Shown: piece by piece, positions 11,258 to 24,800 of the stretch
How positions within the stretch are numbered: the first letter of the stretch is position 1
Layout of the letters: each line of letters opens with the position of its first letter
Assembly (NCBI GenBank): GCA_002189035.1
Contig: NEEC01000002.1
Coordinates: 186,001 to 250,000 of the forward strand
Direction of reading: 5' to 3'
Origin: Utricularia gibba
Lineage: Eukaryota > Plantae > Magnoliophyta
Length of the DNA: 64,000 bases
The notes under the pieces: model-generated
Databases searched by the model: none
Seen by the model: only the letters and a program-made list of their open reading frames with translations
Told to the model about the DNA's origin: nothing
Position numbers and translations under genes: made by a program

Positions 11258-14200
11258 ATGGCCTGTTCTTCCTCTGTAATCGGGGTTTCCTCCGTATGCC
11301 ATACCCCTGCTCCTGCAGACAACCATTCTAAGCATCACCGCCTCCATTTCTCTGTCGCGCTTAACCCCTTCAGAGCGTTTCTTTCGGCGCCTCGCGCCGG
11401 TTTGGCATCTGGGTCTTCTAAGTCCTTCGTTGCCTCTGCGGTCTACACGCCCAACTCTAAGGTTCTCAGCGAGGATGCCTTCAAAAATCTTGGTGGGTTT
11501 GGTAAGGGGGTTTGGGTTTGGATGAAATGGAGTATGAAGAGATTGAAGGCATAAAGGGGAAGGTTGAGGCTGAAAACCCGGATGAACTTGATCTTACAAA
11601 GTTGGATTTGCCTCCACGCCTCGTGGAGACGCTCAAGGGGCGTGGTATAACCCATCTATTCCCCATTCAGGTGTGTGCTCCATTTTTCTTTCGTTGTGAA
11701 TGTCTCCTTTTTTAAACCGCCCATGCACTGGAATAGCTTGATGGAGGTGTATATTTATATATATATATATTGTCAACTCGCTGGTCGAGGTTTCATCTAC
11801 AAGAAAGGAGCTTCGTTTAGATATTTTCCTTTTTCTCACGCAGAGGGCTGTATTGGTTCCAGCATTGGAAGGCCGTGATATAATTGCTCGCGCTAAGACC
11901 GGAACCGGGAAGACTTTGGCATTTGGGATTCCAATAATCAAGGGACTTGATGATGCCCAACAAGATCGAAGTTCTATGAGGTAAATTAAATTATGCAACA
12001 GAGTTTGGACATGAGCGTACTTCAGGAAAGTAAAGTTTTTTTTTTTTTTGGTTGTGCGACTGAATTTTTTTTGGTTTACAGGCGTGGAAGGCTTCCAAAA
12101 GTATTGGTCCTAGCACCTACCAGGGAACTGGCTAAGCAAGTGGAGAAGGAATTTAGAGAGTCGGCCCCTAATCTTAGCACTGTATGCATATATGGAGGTG
12201 TTTCATATCTCACACAGGAGAATGCACTGTCTCGTGGGGTTGATGTTGTGGTGGGAACTCCTGGAAGAATAATTGATCTTGTAAATAACAACAGCCTGAA
12301 ACTGGGGGAAGTTCAATATCTTGTCCTTGATGAAGCTGATCAGATGCTTGCTGTTGGATTTGAAGAAGATGTGGAGGTTATATTGGAGAAGCTTCCTTCG
12401 GAGAGGCAGAGCATGCTGTTCTCGGCAACAATGCCTGCCTGGGTCAAAAAATTAGCTAGAAAATTTTTGAATAATCCTCTCAACATTGATTTGGTAAATC
12501 CCTTTTTTACTGAAAGTTTTTTGTCAGTTCTGTTCTGCTATCTGTGGATGCAGGTTGTTGGCTTCATTAGTGTGTGTGCGTGATATCCAAAATGTCTATC
12601 TCCTCGATTGCTTTCTGAATGTGTGATTTTCCTATCTCCCGATTCTTTGTGATAGGTTGGTGATCAGGAAGAGAAGTTGGCAGAAGGCATTAAGTTGTTC
12701 GCTATTTCAACCACAGCAACATCCAAGAGGACTATCCTTGGGGACCTTGTGACGGTATAAAACTTTCATTCAAAAAGGATGCTACTTGCTCCATCTTGTG
12801 GATCGGATGTCTTTCTTATTGACAGCATAATTATTCCTTTTCCAGGTGTATGGTAAGGGCGGAAAAGCAATTATTTTTACACAGACTAAACGGGATGCTG
12901 ATGAAGTATCCACAGCACTAACAAATAGCATTGCGTCAGAGGCCCTTCATGGTGATATTTCTCAACACCAGAGAGAAAGAACCTTGAATGGTTTTAGGCA
13001 AGGAAAATTTACAGCTCTTGTTGCGACTGATGTTGCAGCACGTGGGCTTGATATTCCAAATGTTGACCTTGTAAGTTGAAAGAGATCAGTTGATATGTTC
13101 ATGAGTCTTAATGAATGTTTTTCAACCATCAACTAACCAGAAATTCCCCTGTATAGCTTGCCCTTAGCTGAACCTTGATGGTTTTGTTTTTATGATTGTC
13201 TTTTTCTTTGAATTATGCAACGCTTGAAATTTTAGAAGTGACTGCTGTTTATTAACCTCTGGTTCTGCATTTTCAGGTTATCCACTATGAACTTCCAAAC
13301 GATCCAGAAACATTTGTGCACCGTTCTGGCCGAACAGGACGAGCAGGGAAGGAAGGCGCAGCTATACTAATGTTCACTAGCAGTCAAAGGAGGACAGTCA
13401 AATCCCTCGAGCGTGATGTTGGGTGCAGATTCGAGTATGTTACACCGCCTTCTGTTCAAGAAGTTTTAGAATCATCTGCCCAGCAAGTGGTTGCCACACT
13501 TGGTGGAGTTCACCCGGAGTCTATTGAATTCTTTACTCCAACTGCACAAAAACTTCTCGAAGAGAGAGGTGTCGATGCTCTTGCAGCAGCTTTAGCAACA
13601 TTGAGTGGTTTTTCACGGCCTCCATCTTCCCGGTCTCTTCTTACTCATGAACAGGTGTTGAAAAAATCTAAAATCCACGTTTTCTTCATGCACCATGTTT
13701 AATCATGATGATTGTTTTTATCAGATTCTTAATTTTACCATGTTTACTCACTGCAGGGGCTAGTTACTTTGCAGCTGATTCGCGAGACTGGTTATTCTAG
13801 AGGATACCTTTCTCCCAGATCAGTTACTGGCTTCCTTTCTGATGTTCTTTCTGCTGCAGCTGATGAAATTGGGAAAATACAACTTATTGCTGACGAAAAG
13901 GTTGATTCACGGAGGACCCTTTATAACTTACTGATATTCCGTCCAGTGTTTTCTCTATATTTATCATACGGCTGTATCTTTTCAGGTTCAAGGTGCTGTT
14001 TTTGATCTCCCGGAAGACATAGCAACGGAGTTGCTGAGCAAGGAGCTTCCCCCTGGCAACACTATTACGAAGCTCACGAAGGCAACCATCGCCTTTGCCT
14101 CCTCCTTTCATGCTAAATGCACCATCATTTCCCCCCTTTCAGAGTCTCACCTCTAACGAATGACCACCCGTTTGCTGCAGTTACCCGCACTGCAAGATGA

Positions 14201-14628
14201 TGCACCTGCGAGTGATTTCTACGGAAGGTTTTCGAACAGCGAGAGGCGCTCTCCACGAGGATCTAATGACAGGAGAGGCTCCTCCCGGTCCTCACGCGAC
14301 TGGTTGGTTGATAATGATGATGATAATGAAGGCGGCTTTCGGAGAGGTAGTGGTCGGGGCAGGGGAGGTGAAAACAGATGGTCGTCCGGTGGTGCTGGTA
14401 ACTCGAGGAGCCGTGGGTTTTCAAGCCGGCCAACATCTTTTGGAAGCAGGGACAGGTATATCTATATCCACCTTGCCACACCCACCCTTCCATCCCCCGA
14501 AGCTCATCTTTTTTTTCCACCATTGAAGCGGTTCGAGCAGAGGAGGATTCGGCGGCGCGTGTTTCAAATGTGGCCGAAGTGGCCACCGGGCATCCGATTG
14601 CCCTGAAAGGAGCGACTTCTCGTTTTGA
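11258..14628 (+). CDS. RH3: DEAD-box RNA helicase 3, chloroplastic
   Basis: Transit-peptide-like start [13 protein letters not shown]. Motifs [30 protein letters not shown] and [10 protein letters not shown], a GUCT region, an RGG/RS-rich tail and a terminal zinc knuckle [14 protein letters not shown]. Multi-exon. There is an apparent frameshift at the G run 11506-11510 and a GC donor at 14082. Confidence 0.94.
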
Positions 14629-15472
14629 TGGCGGTTACCGTAGTTTCCCATGCGACCCAGAAGCCGACTACTGCACCCGAAGATCTGGTTCTTTCCCAAG
14701 ACAACAAAGGAGAAGGGAATGATCCAGAACTGCAACCGCCTTCCGCAACTGGTAACCACAACGAACGGCGATTTTGCTCAAGATCGATCTCCAGCAGTCT
14801 GCTGTGCCTACCCATTCCTTCTTGCCACAAAATCATGTAGAAATTTAGTTGCAACTTCTTGTCTGTTTTACTACACGGCTTATTATTGTTTGCAGTTGTG
14901 CGATGCGTTTTTGTAGTAAGAATTATTTAGCAATCTCTTCCAATAACATTAAAATTATTAATCTCGGCGCCCGCATTCACACCCTAAACAAATACAAGCT
15001 ATTCATCTACTCCTTAGAAGAATGGCATTTCATAAACGGTTGGTAGTTACAAAAATGTAATTATGATTCAATCATTTGTTTTTTTTTTTAAATTATAACA
15101 TTGGGCAAGAATCTCTATACCCACCCACATCAATGGGCCTGCAGGCGCCGACACGTGACGCGTATCATAATTCATAAACAATGGGACACATCCCTATCTA
15201 CATCAACATGCATCATGGCGAGGCCCCCAAAGTCAAAAGCCCACCCCCAGAACTCTTCTTCCAAAAATTTATGCACATACATACTCGTTGTGGCTTGGTG
15301 GAGGGTTTTGTCTCTGTTGTCTTGGCAAAAATTGGGTAGTTTTCTGTTGATTCAGGGTCAACGATGCCACACGAAGAGGAGAGAGTGTCCGTCTGGTCGT
15401 AGCACCAACCGCCGTGTTTTGACTTCTCAATACAAAGGCCGGATCACTCGAGCTTCCACCAGGCAGGCAGCA

Positions 15473-17169
15473 ATGGCTACGCAAATCGCTCATCATCTCC
15501 CAACTTCTGTGTCTGATCTTTCGACGCGCAAAAAGGTGGCTCTCCTCCCTCTCATCTTCCTCATATACTTCGAAGTCTCCGGCGGACCCTACGGCGAGGA
15601 ACCGACCGTTCAAGCGGCCGGTCCCCTTTTCGCCATTCTGGGTTTCATGATCTTCCCCTTCATTTGGTCCATCCCTGAAGCCCTCATCACTGCCGAACTC
15701 TCAACCATGTACCCTGGAAATGGCGGTTTCGTGATATGGGCGGATCGCGCTTTTGGTCCCTTCTTTGGATCCCTTATGGGGACTTGGAAGTTTCTCTCCG
15801 GTGTTATTAATCTCTCAGCTTGTCCCTCTCTCTGCGTCCAATACTTGATCAGGCTGTTTCCTGTGTTCGCTTCAGGGTTAGTCAATCATCTTACCAAAAT
15901 CGTCTTCACTCTGGTGTTCGCGTTTCTGAACTATACCGGTTTAGTTATCGTGGGCTATGTCGCGGTTGCTCTGGGACTCGTCTCCCTCGCCCCGTTTCTG
16001 GTAATGTCTGCGATCGCGATACCGCAGATTCGTCCCCACAGATGGCTTTCTCTGGGCCAAGAGGGCGTTAAGAAAGACTGGAACTTGTTCTTCAATACCC
16101 TGTTTTGGAATCTGAATTACTGGGACAACGTCAGTACCTTGGCCGGAGAGGTGGAAAATCCGCATAAAACGTTTCCGTTGGCCCTGCTTCTGGCCGTGAT
16201 CCTGATGGGCCTGGGCTACATCATCCCCCTGGCGGCGGTCACCGGCGCCGTGGTCGTTGATCAGAGTGAATGGGAAGTTGGGTTCATGGCTAATGCGGCG
16301 AAGATCATCTCCGGGCAGTGGCTCAAGCTGTGGATTGAAATCGGTGCAGTCCTGGCTTCCATTGGGCTGTTCGAAGCTCAGCTGAGCAGCAGCTCGTACC
16401 AGCTTCTGGGAATGGCGGATCTGGCGCTACTGCCACGTGTCTTCGCATGGAGATCCAAATGGTTCGTTGACTTTTTTCCTAAATGCGTTTTGCTATTATT
16501 CATCTATCTATATAGAATTACCATACCTTCGACCAGTCCCCTTCGTAGGTTTAAAATAATTCTAATAGAAATTTAAAATGAATGTTGACTTGCGATTTTC
16601 GTATGTAAAAATTAAATGATTTTTTTGGTACTCGATTTGATAATTTTTTTTATAAAATATTGATTATTATTTTATTATATTTATAACGATTTCAATTCTC
16701 TAATTTATTAAATTTTATTTAATTCTAAAAACGGTGTGTGTTTGTTTATAGGTTCAACACGCCGTGGGTGGCGATTCTGCTTTCGACGCTGATCTCTCTG
16801 GGAGTTTCGTACTTGAGCCTGACGAGTCTCCTCTCCACGGCGAACTTCCTCTACAGCTTGGGGATGATTCTGGAGTTCGCATCCTTTCTGTACCTGCGGT
16901 GGAAGCTGCCGCAGAAAAGACGCCCCTTTCGGGTGCCGCTCCCACTGCCGCTGCTCGCCATCCTCAGCTTGTTTCCGGTGGGGTTTCTGATGTTCCTCAT
17001 CGCGATCGCCACCAAGACGGTGTTCTTAATGTCCGGCGTGATGACGGCTGCTGGAATCCTATGGTTTTTTCTGATGAAGCTTCTCCGGTCCAAGGGATGG
17101 CTTCTTTTCGACAAGGCGTATGGTGCTGAGGAGGACGGGGTTGGGCCGGCAGAAGCCGTACCAAGGTAA
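15473..17169 (+). CDS. Polyamine transporter (PUT/LAT family, APC superfamily)
   Basis: Two exons, 15473-16461 and 16751-17169. Motifs [37 protein letters not shown] and [12 protein letters not shown], with many TM helices. Confidence 0.93.
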
Positions 17170-17335
17170 CATTTGCTCCAGGGAAAATGTATCATAACAG
17201 AATATTTCTAAATAATATTGTAATATTTATTAGCTAATTGATTTTAATTTAGTACTTCACAACATACTTCTTTTGGATACTTTTCAGATAAAAAAAGTTT
17301 TTATTTATAATATTTGGAAATATAAATTTTATGAA

Positions 17336-17770
17336 TTATTGGAGGATAGGATGAGGTGGCACATTGTCATCCCAACCAAATGCCCTTTTGGGAGCTATTG
17401 AGTCTTCATGAGTTAAATAGATACCATCGTCTCTAGCAAACCAATAGTTCTGGCGTTCATAGATGAAGCTTTCCTGGTATGCATTGAACCCAATGCTTCT
17501 CTTTCCCCACCAGAGATGACAAAAGAAGCTGGTAGTAGGAACCACGTTCAAGCAGAAATTCCACTTGAAGGAACTGAAACGAGTCAGGAGCACGTGGTAT
17601 CCGATATCATCGTCTTTCGAGAAGCAGTGGAGTTTCAGGGGAGGGCTGGAGTTCGAAGAGAGATCACGAATAATGTGAACAGTAGCTTTATCCGTCACGC
17701 AGGCGTGAAGGGGGCTGCATCTTGTGAGAAGAAGAGGCAGTAAGATGACTAGGAGGTGATGGTTCCGCAT
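17336..17770 (-). CDS. S-protein homolog (plant self-incompatibility S1/SPH family), secreted
   Basis: Single exon. It has a signal peptide, LHCFSKDDDIG, FKWNFC, FFCHLWWG and WFARDDGIY, the typical SPH pattern. Confidence 0.88.
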   Translation of the reverse strand: MRNHHLLVILLPLLLTRCSPLHACVTDKATVHIIRDLSSNSSPPLKLHCFSKDDDIGYHVLLTRFSSFKWNFCLNVVPTTSFFCHLWWGKRSIGFNAYQESFIYERQNYWFARDDGIYLTHEDSIAPKRAFGWDDNVPPHPILQ

Positions 17771-18325
17771 TGCTTGAGGTTTTCGTTGAGGATTTCATTT
17801 CAGTTGATGCGCTTCTTATGGAAGCTTTGGTGACCCGATTGGAAGGTTTTCGTTAATGCATACTGGGATGCGTATCTCCTTCTCCAGAAAGCAATTGAAG
17901 TGTGTGTTGAATGGGCACTTTTCATTAAACACCGGAGTTTAAAAGTGTTTGAACTTTGGGAGGTGGGCAAACTACCGTTTGACTGAGACAAGGGGAGAAA
18001 GTTCCGCCATTGTTACCCATATCAAAAAGCTTCCTTTTTTTTTTTCTTTTTGGTTGTCTTGTGAGAGTTAACAGATGCAAATGCGTGTAAATGATTGCAT
18101 TAGAATCCAAGAAAAAACGAGCACTTTTCTAAAAGCGGTGAGTTACAGCTATTTCACACCCTAAGCCACCATTATTGCTTTCTCAGCTTCCACCATTGCA
18201 CCAGCTGGTGAGAGACGGTGACCCCAACGGCCGTCCCTTTTTGACACAAAATCAAATCTACGCGACCCCATTTGCTCTGTTTTTTCAGACCCCATTTCAG
18301 GGTACTGGCTTTGATTTGATCGAAT

Positions 18326-20921
18326 ATGAGTATGTACGGCAGGGATCCGTGGGGTGGGCCGCTGGAGATCGCGGCGGATTCCGCGACGGACGATGAACGG
18401 AGTCGGAATTTTCAAGATTACGACCGAGCGGCGCTGTCGCGGCCGCTGGACGAGACGCAGCAGAGCTGGCTGTTGGGGCCGACTGGGGAGACTAAGAAGA
18501 AGAAGTATGTGGATCTGGGTTGCATTATTGTGAGTAGAAAGATATTTCTGTGGACTGTTGGAACTCTTCTCGTTGCTGGGTTTCTCGCTGGCTTTATCAC
18601 AATGATCGTGAAACTGGTGCCGCGCCACCATCATCGGCCACCGCCGCCCGATAATTACACGGTGGCGCTGCATAAAGCTTTAAGGTTCTTCAATGCCCAG
18701 CGCTGTAAGTCGCGATTTCCATTCTTTGATCTGATCAGTGGCTTTTCAAGTTCCATTATGAATTTGCATGTGATGTTATTATCTCGATTCTGAAAACCAA
18801 CGCGATTCTGATTCTCAATTCTACCCGAAATGTACAAAATACCATGCAAGAACAGAGTAAGATGTGATCAAAATGCGGTCTCTGAATTGATTTTGATCAG
18901 CTTGTTTCTTATCATGCAAACTACAGGACACTAAGCGTTTTTTTATGCTTTATTGGTTGGTAACAGCAGGAAAGCTACCAAATCACAACAATGTATCTTG
19001 GCGAGGAAACTCGTGTTTAAATGATGGGGAGTCGGATTCGTCGACTTTATTTAAGGATTTGTCTGGTGGATATTATGACGCCGGAGATGCGATTAAGTTC
19101 CATTTCCCTCAAGCTTTTGCTATGACAATGTTGAGTTGGAGTGTGATAGAGTACAGAGACAAGTATGAGGCCGCTGGAGAGCTTAATCACGTCAAAGATG
19201 TTATCAAGTGGGGGACTGATTACTTTCTCAAGACTTTTAATTCAACTGCTGATCAAATTGACAGATTAGTAGCTCAGGTAATGCTGTAAACCTCTTCATT
19301 TCATTTTGTAGTTTTGGTGGCCATTCAAGTCTAGGCTCAGGTGTTGTAAGACATAAAAATGTATCCCATTTCTGTTGGCTTCTGCATCAGTGACAAGAAT
19401 CTAGACAGCATTTTGGATTTGAATGTTTTGACTGTGGATACATTAAGCATCCTTTTGGCAGGTTGGAAGGGGTGATACATCAGGAGGGACTGATCCGAAT
19501 GATCACTACTGTTGGATGCGCCCGAGAATATTGATTATGAGAGACCTGTTACTGAATGTCATGGTTGCTCGGATCTTGCTGCAGAAATGGCAGCAGCTTT
19601 GGCGTCAGCATCTCTTGTTTTCAAGGACAATAAATCTTACTCGCAGAAGCTTGTGCATGGTGCCAAGACTCTGTTCAGGTTTTCCAGGGAGCAACGAGGG
19701 AGATACAGTGTTGGTACTGAGGCAGCAATATTCTACAATTCTACAAGTTACTGGGACGAGTTTGTTTGGGGTGCAACGTGGATGTACTACGCCACGGGCA
19801 ATTCTTCTTATCTGCAGCTTAGTACGAACCCTCGTCTCGCCAAGCATGCTGGTGCGTTCTGGGGAGGGCCATACTACGGTGTATTAAGCTGGGACAACAA
19901 GCTTCCTGGAGCTCAAGTAAGTCCTTTGACCATTTCTTTCATGATGGTTTTGATGGAAAAGTGTCACGAAGGCAATAGTATGCCAACTTGTCTGAACATG
20001 CTTCTTGGTTGGGTTGTAGCTGCTGCTCACTCGAATGCGGTTGTTCTTAAACCCCGGATATCCCTACGAGGAGATCTTGAGAACGTTTCACAACCAGACC
20101 AGCATTTACATGTGCTCCTTCCTACCATATTTCACATCATTCAACCGGACAAATGGTAGTAGTGCTTTACGTTTTCAACCATTGATCAGTAGCATCTTCT
20201 CTGTCTCTGTCTAACGAATCTTCGGAGATCGAACAGGGGGACTGATTCAGCTGAATCACGGAGCACCTCAGCCTCTACAATATGCGGTGAATGCTGCTTT
20301 CTTGGCGACACTATTCAGCGACTATATGCGTGCAGGCGATATCCCTGGCTGGTACTGCGGCCCTCATTTCTACTCGGTTGATGTCCTCCGTGAATTTGCT
20401 CAGACACAGGTACGTTAAGTCCTGTATCTTCGGCAACCGTAGTTCAACCTTGTGTGTTGAAATCTTGCATCTTTATCCGAGAAAAATATACCTCCATTGC
20501 GTTGATCTTGTTCCCAATTCCAGATCAATTACATCCTTGGCCAAAACCCCAGACGGATGAGCTACGTTGTTGGGTTCGGAGATCACTACCCTACACATGT
20601 GCACCACCGCGGCGCCTCCATTCCGAAGAACAGCAAGTCCACCTGCACGGGAGGGTGGAAATGGAGAGACACCCAGAAGCCCAATCCCAACACCATAGTC
20701 GGAGCCATGGTTGCCGGCCCGATAGGCATGACGGGTTCCACGATGTTCGTAAAAACTACAACTACACAGAGCCAACCATCGCCGGGAACGCCGGCCTGGT
20801 CGCAGCTCTTGTGGCTCTGTCCGGTGATTCCGTGGTTGGAATTGACAGAAACACCATGTTCTCATCCGTGCCACCGTTCTCTCCGACGCCACCGCCGCCT
20901 CCTGCGCCATGGAAGCCATAG
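18326..20921 (+). CDS. KOR1: Membrane-anchored endo-1,4-beta-glucanase GH9A (KORRIGAN-like)
   Basis: Starts [15 protein letters not shown]. It has the LL and YVDL sorting motifs, a TM helix, [33 protein letters not shown] and a Pro-rich tail. Multi-exon. Apparent 1-nt frameshifts at about 19521-19524 and 20718-20721. Confidence 0.94.
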
Positions 20922-21191
20922 AATGAAGTGCATTCGTTCTGCATACACATCGGATTCATGTTCTCGACTAACTTTCTAATGATGATGCACAGAAAGACAG
21001 CGAAGATTGAGAAGGATAGGCATACGGCTAACATGTGGTACCTGCTCATTTATGTGTACAAAATTGTGAACATGAAGGAATTATTCTGCTTTTTTTTTCC
21101 AAATATAAATAAAAAATGGGAAACTTTATAATGATACTTCTGCTTTCCCAGTTTAAATTTATTTATAATGAGTAATTGTACCTAAATTAAT

Positions 21192-21571
21192 GGGGTGTTT
21201 TACATAACTTATAAGTAACTTAATCAAATTATAAGTAGTCAATTTATTAAATGAGTGTTTTTTTAACTTATAAATTATGACTTATAAGTTAATTATAAGT
21301 AGTATTTTAAAAGTAGATGTGTAGTTATTTAATTGTAACTTAAATAAAAAAATTCTTTGAAATTACTTATATATCCTCATATTTAAAAGCATTTAAATGA
21401 ACATAAGTGTATTTTAGACTTTAACTTACAAATTTTAAAAATTATGTCAAACACTATTAACTTTTACTTATAACTTTTATAAATAAATTAAAACAAACAT
21501 CTACTATTTATTTTTTATTTAAGTTACTACTACTTATAAGTTAATTTTTTACAAGTAATGTAAAACACCCC
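21192..21571. mobile_element. Non-autonomous MITE (Tourist/PIF-Harbinger-like), 380 bp
   Basis: Perfect 14-bp TIRs GGGGTGTTTTACAT (21192-21205) and ATGTAAAACACCCC (21558-21571), flanked by TAAT on both sides. The interior is very AT-rich with repeated CTTATAAG and has no ORF. Confidence 0.78.
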
Positions 21572-21822
21572 TAATATGAACTAGTGATTTTTGTGAGTGG
21601 ATTTATATGGTTGACTTTTGAGGTTTACCCTCTTTTTGCTGACCTCTTTGTGTTCACATGAAAAAAAGTAAAGCTTTGAATGGTTCCATGTGCCTTCCGC
21701 ATATGAATACTAAAGTGCCCAGTCAACTTAAACTTCTTACTTAAACTTCTTTCGGTAAAGGGCAATAAATCTAGTCGATGCTGGGTTGAAGTTCTCTAGG
21801 ATACATGAAGGGGTTTAGGAAG

Positions 21823-24800
21823 ATGGATTCCAGAATCATGATTTTGTTGTTATTTTTCTGGGATCAACACCTGGTTTCATTCGGGGCAACAAATAGTGAT
21901 GATCGTGAGTTTATACTCTTTCTTGGCTGATCTGTATAGTCCTGTTATTCCTGAAACTGTGTGAAAAGCAACTTTGTTCGAGATATATATTATATGCATA
22001 TCTGTTCGCTGAATCTTACCAAGAATTACTGCTTCATAAACATGTTAAATTGCAGTTTCTGCTTTACTTGCCATCAAGGGGAGCTGGAAAAACTTGCCGC
22101 CAAATTGGGTAGGTAATGATCCTTGTGGCAACAACTGGGAAGGTGTAGCTTGCACCAATGCGCGTGTGACCTCCTTGTGAGTACTCGTGTTCTTGTTCAC
22201 GTTTCATGTATCCCTCCTTGTTTGTGGCCTTACATGCATTGCAGGATGTTGGCAGGAATTGGTGTAGAAAGCAGTGGGATTGGTGATGTTACATCCTTAA
22301 CGGAATTGCAATATTTGTATGTTGTTGATGTCCTTTTGTTTTTCACACTGGTCACAGTTTTAGCTCTTATACACTCGTGCTTTCAGAAATATTTTCCAGA
22401 AAATGTTGTCCATTTCTGATCCCACCTTTGTCGGTTTTTACGCATAGGGATCTTTCAAATAACGTTGGCCTTAGTGGGCCTCTTCCACCGTCAATTGGAA
22501 ACTTGAGGAACCTTTCCATTTTGTAAGAAACCAAATATTTTGTGTATTGATGCCTCTGAATCCCATCCCAAACTCGATATGAAGCATACTTTTACTTTTG
22601 ATTTGCTTTCAGAATTCTGGTTGGTTGCAATCTCTCCGGTCCCATTCCATACTCCATAGGCTCCCTTTCCCAGCTTGTCTACTTGTAAGGAATCTTTACC
22701 TCCATCAGCTTCATATAAAAAGATGTTTCTCCACATCAGAATCATGATTTTGTCTTTTCTGCAGGTCCTTGAATTCAAATAACTTTATTGGCTCGATTCC
22801 TTCTTCAATCGGGAATCTATCAAGACTTTCATGGCTAGACTTGAGTATGAATAATCTTGGTGGCATCATCCCCATCTCTAATGATTCTGAACCTGGTTTG
22901 GATCAGCTACTTAATGCCAGACACTTGTATGACAGAACATTTCAGAAGCAAACATGCGGTTTGCTTTAGTCTGCTCTATCAAATGGAAACATTTTGCTAT
23001 TTAATTTTTATCTCGCAGCCATTTTTCTGGTAACCAGCTCTCTGGACAAGTCCCTGCGCAGTTGTTCAGCTCTAATATGAAGTTGATGCATGCGTAAGTC
23101 AATATTCAGGCAAAAAGCGCTTAGATTTGTTACTTGATTGCTCGTAAGCTTCCAATTCATCTTCCTTTTTATGTGTAGGATATTTGATAACAATCAGCTG
23201 ACAGGGCAATTACCTGTTTCTCTGGGATATGTACAGACGCTTGAAATCATGTTAGTAGGTTCTTGTTTTTTTTTCTTTTTTATGCTTAAGCTTCATTTAT
23301 AATGAACATTTTGTTCCTGGTGTAGACGTTTTGACTCGAACAATCTTGATGGCGTTATTCCAACAAACCTCAGCAATCTTACAAGTTTGAGTGAGCTGTA
23401 AGCAGAGCAAAGATATAATCTATTCGGTAATGAGTTCTTCAAGTGGTTTGATTTGGTATTATACTCCACAGATACCTCTCTAACAACAATTTCAGTGGGA
23501 GCATCCCCAACCTTACTGGCATGAATTCCCTGTTTTACGTGTAAGTTGGCATTTGCTCTTTCCCAGTAGTTCATTCTCATACAATCTTGCATGTTGGCGT
23601 CGCTGTAAATCATCCTTCGGCTAGTTTCTTGAGCATCATGACAAGAAAAGAAATGGTTGCAGGGACATGAGCAATAACAGTTTTGACGCATCTGAAGTCC
23701 CACCATGGTTCTATAGCCTACCGTCATTGACAACATTGTATCTTCTCTCTAGCAATCATAATTCTTCTGGCTCTTTGTATTTGTGAAAGTCAAGTTTTCA
23801 TGGTAATTGATTAATGCAACAGAAAAATGGAGAACACTGAGCTCAGAGGACCTATCCGTTCGAGTGTCTTCAGCCTTCCTCAACTTGAGACCCTGTAAGC
23901 TCACCGTTTGAAGTTCTTTATTCCTACTCTAATGTATCACCTCAGTTTTCAATAAGAAAGTTGATGATATGCGTTTACTGGATCAGCTTGCTGAGCAGAA
24001 ATAATTTGAATGGAACACTGGACATTGGGACTAGCTACTCTAGCAATCTGACTGTTGACCTACGGAACAATTCCATCTCTGTATTTATCCAAGCAGCAAA
24101 TAACAACATGCGTCTTACGTAGGCTAATCATCCTTTCTTCATTGTTAATTTCACTTCATATCTTAGAAATTTGTGTATCTGACAGGCTCACTGGCAACCC
24201 TGTCTGCAATGGAAATGGAGCAGCATCCAGTTTTTGTGGTGCTCAAGCGCCAAATAATAGTCTTGTTCCATCAAGTCGATGTGGTACAATGTCCTGCAAG
24301 GGAGACAAAGTGTTGAGTCCTAACTGCACATGTTCAAATCCATATGCTGGGAATATTTCCTTCTTTTCTACTTCCTTCACGGATTTAGGAAATTTAACAT
24401 ATTACAATATCCTTAATGGGCGTATAATGTCCACTCTTCTCTCCCAAGGGATTCCAGTGGACTCCATAATTCTCAGAAATCCAGTGATTGGCATCAATTC
24501 TTTCCTAAATATCTCGGTGCAAATCTTTCCCTCAGGGGAAGTTTCTTTCAACAGGACATCAGTTTCCAAAATAGGTTTCCTGTTGAATCGCCAACCTTTT
24601 CAGGTTGAATATTTTGGACCATTCTTCTTCATTGACGAGCAATACTGCTGTTTCCCAGGTAGTCTGTCAAGATGATAATGATCTAAGAAAGTGTGAAATG
24701 ACGAACATGACTTGTAACATGCCATTTTCATGGGTTTTGTATCGTAGGATCTGAGAAGCCATTCAGTGTTGGTGTTATCATTGGAGTGGCAGTTGCTGGT

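Noticed and set aside
15101-15472. N-terminal extension of the transporter ORF in the track
   Set aside because: It begins at TTG and runs through promoter/5'UTR-like sequence. The family-like sequence starts at ATG 15473.
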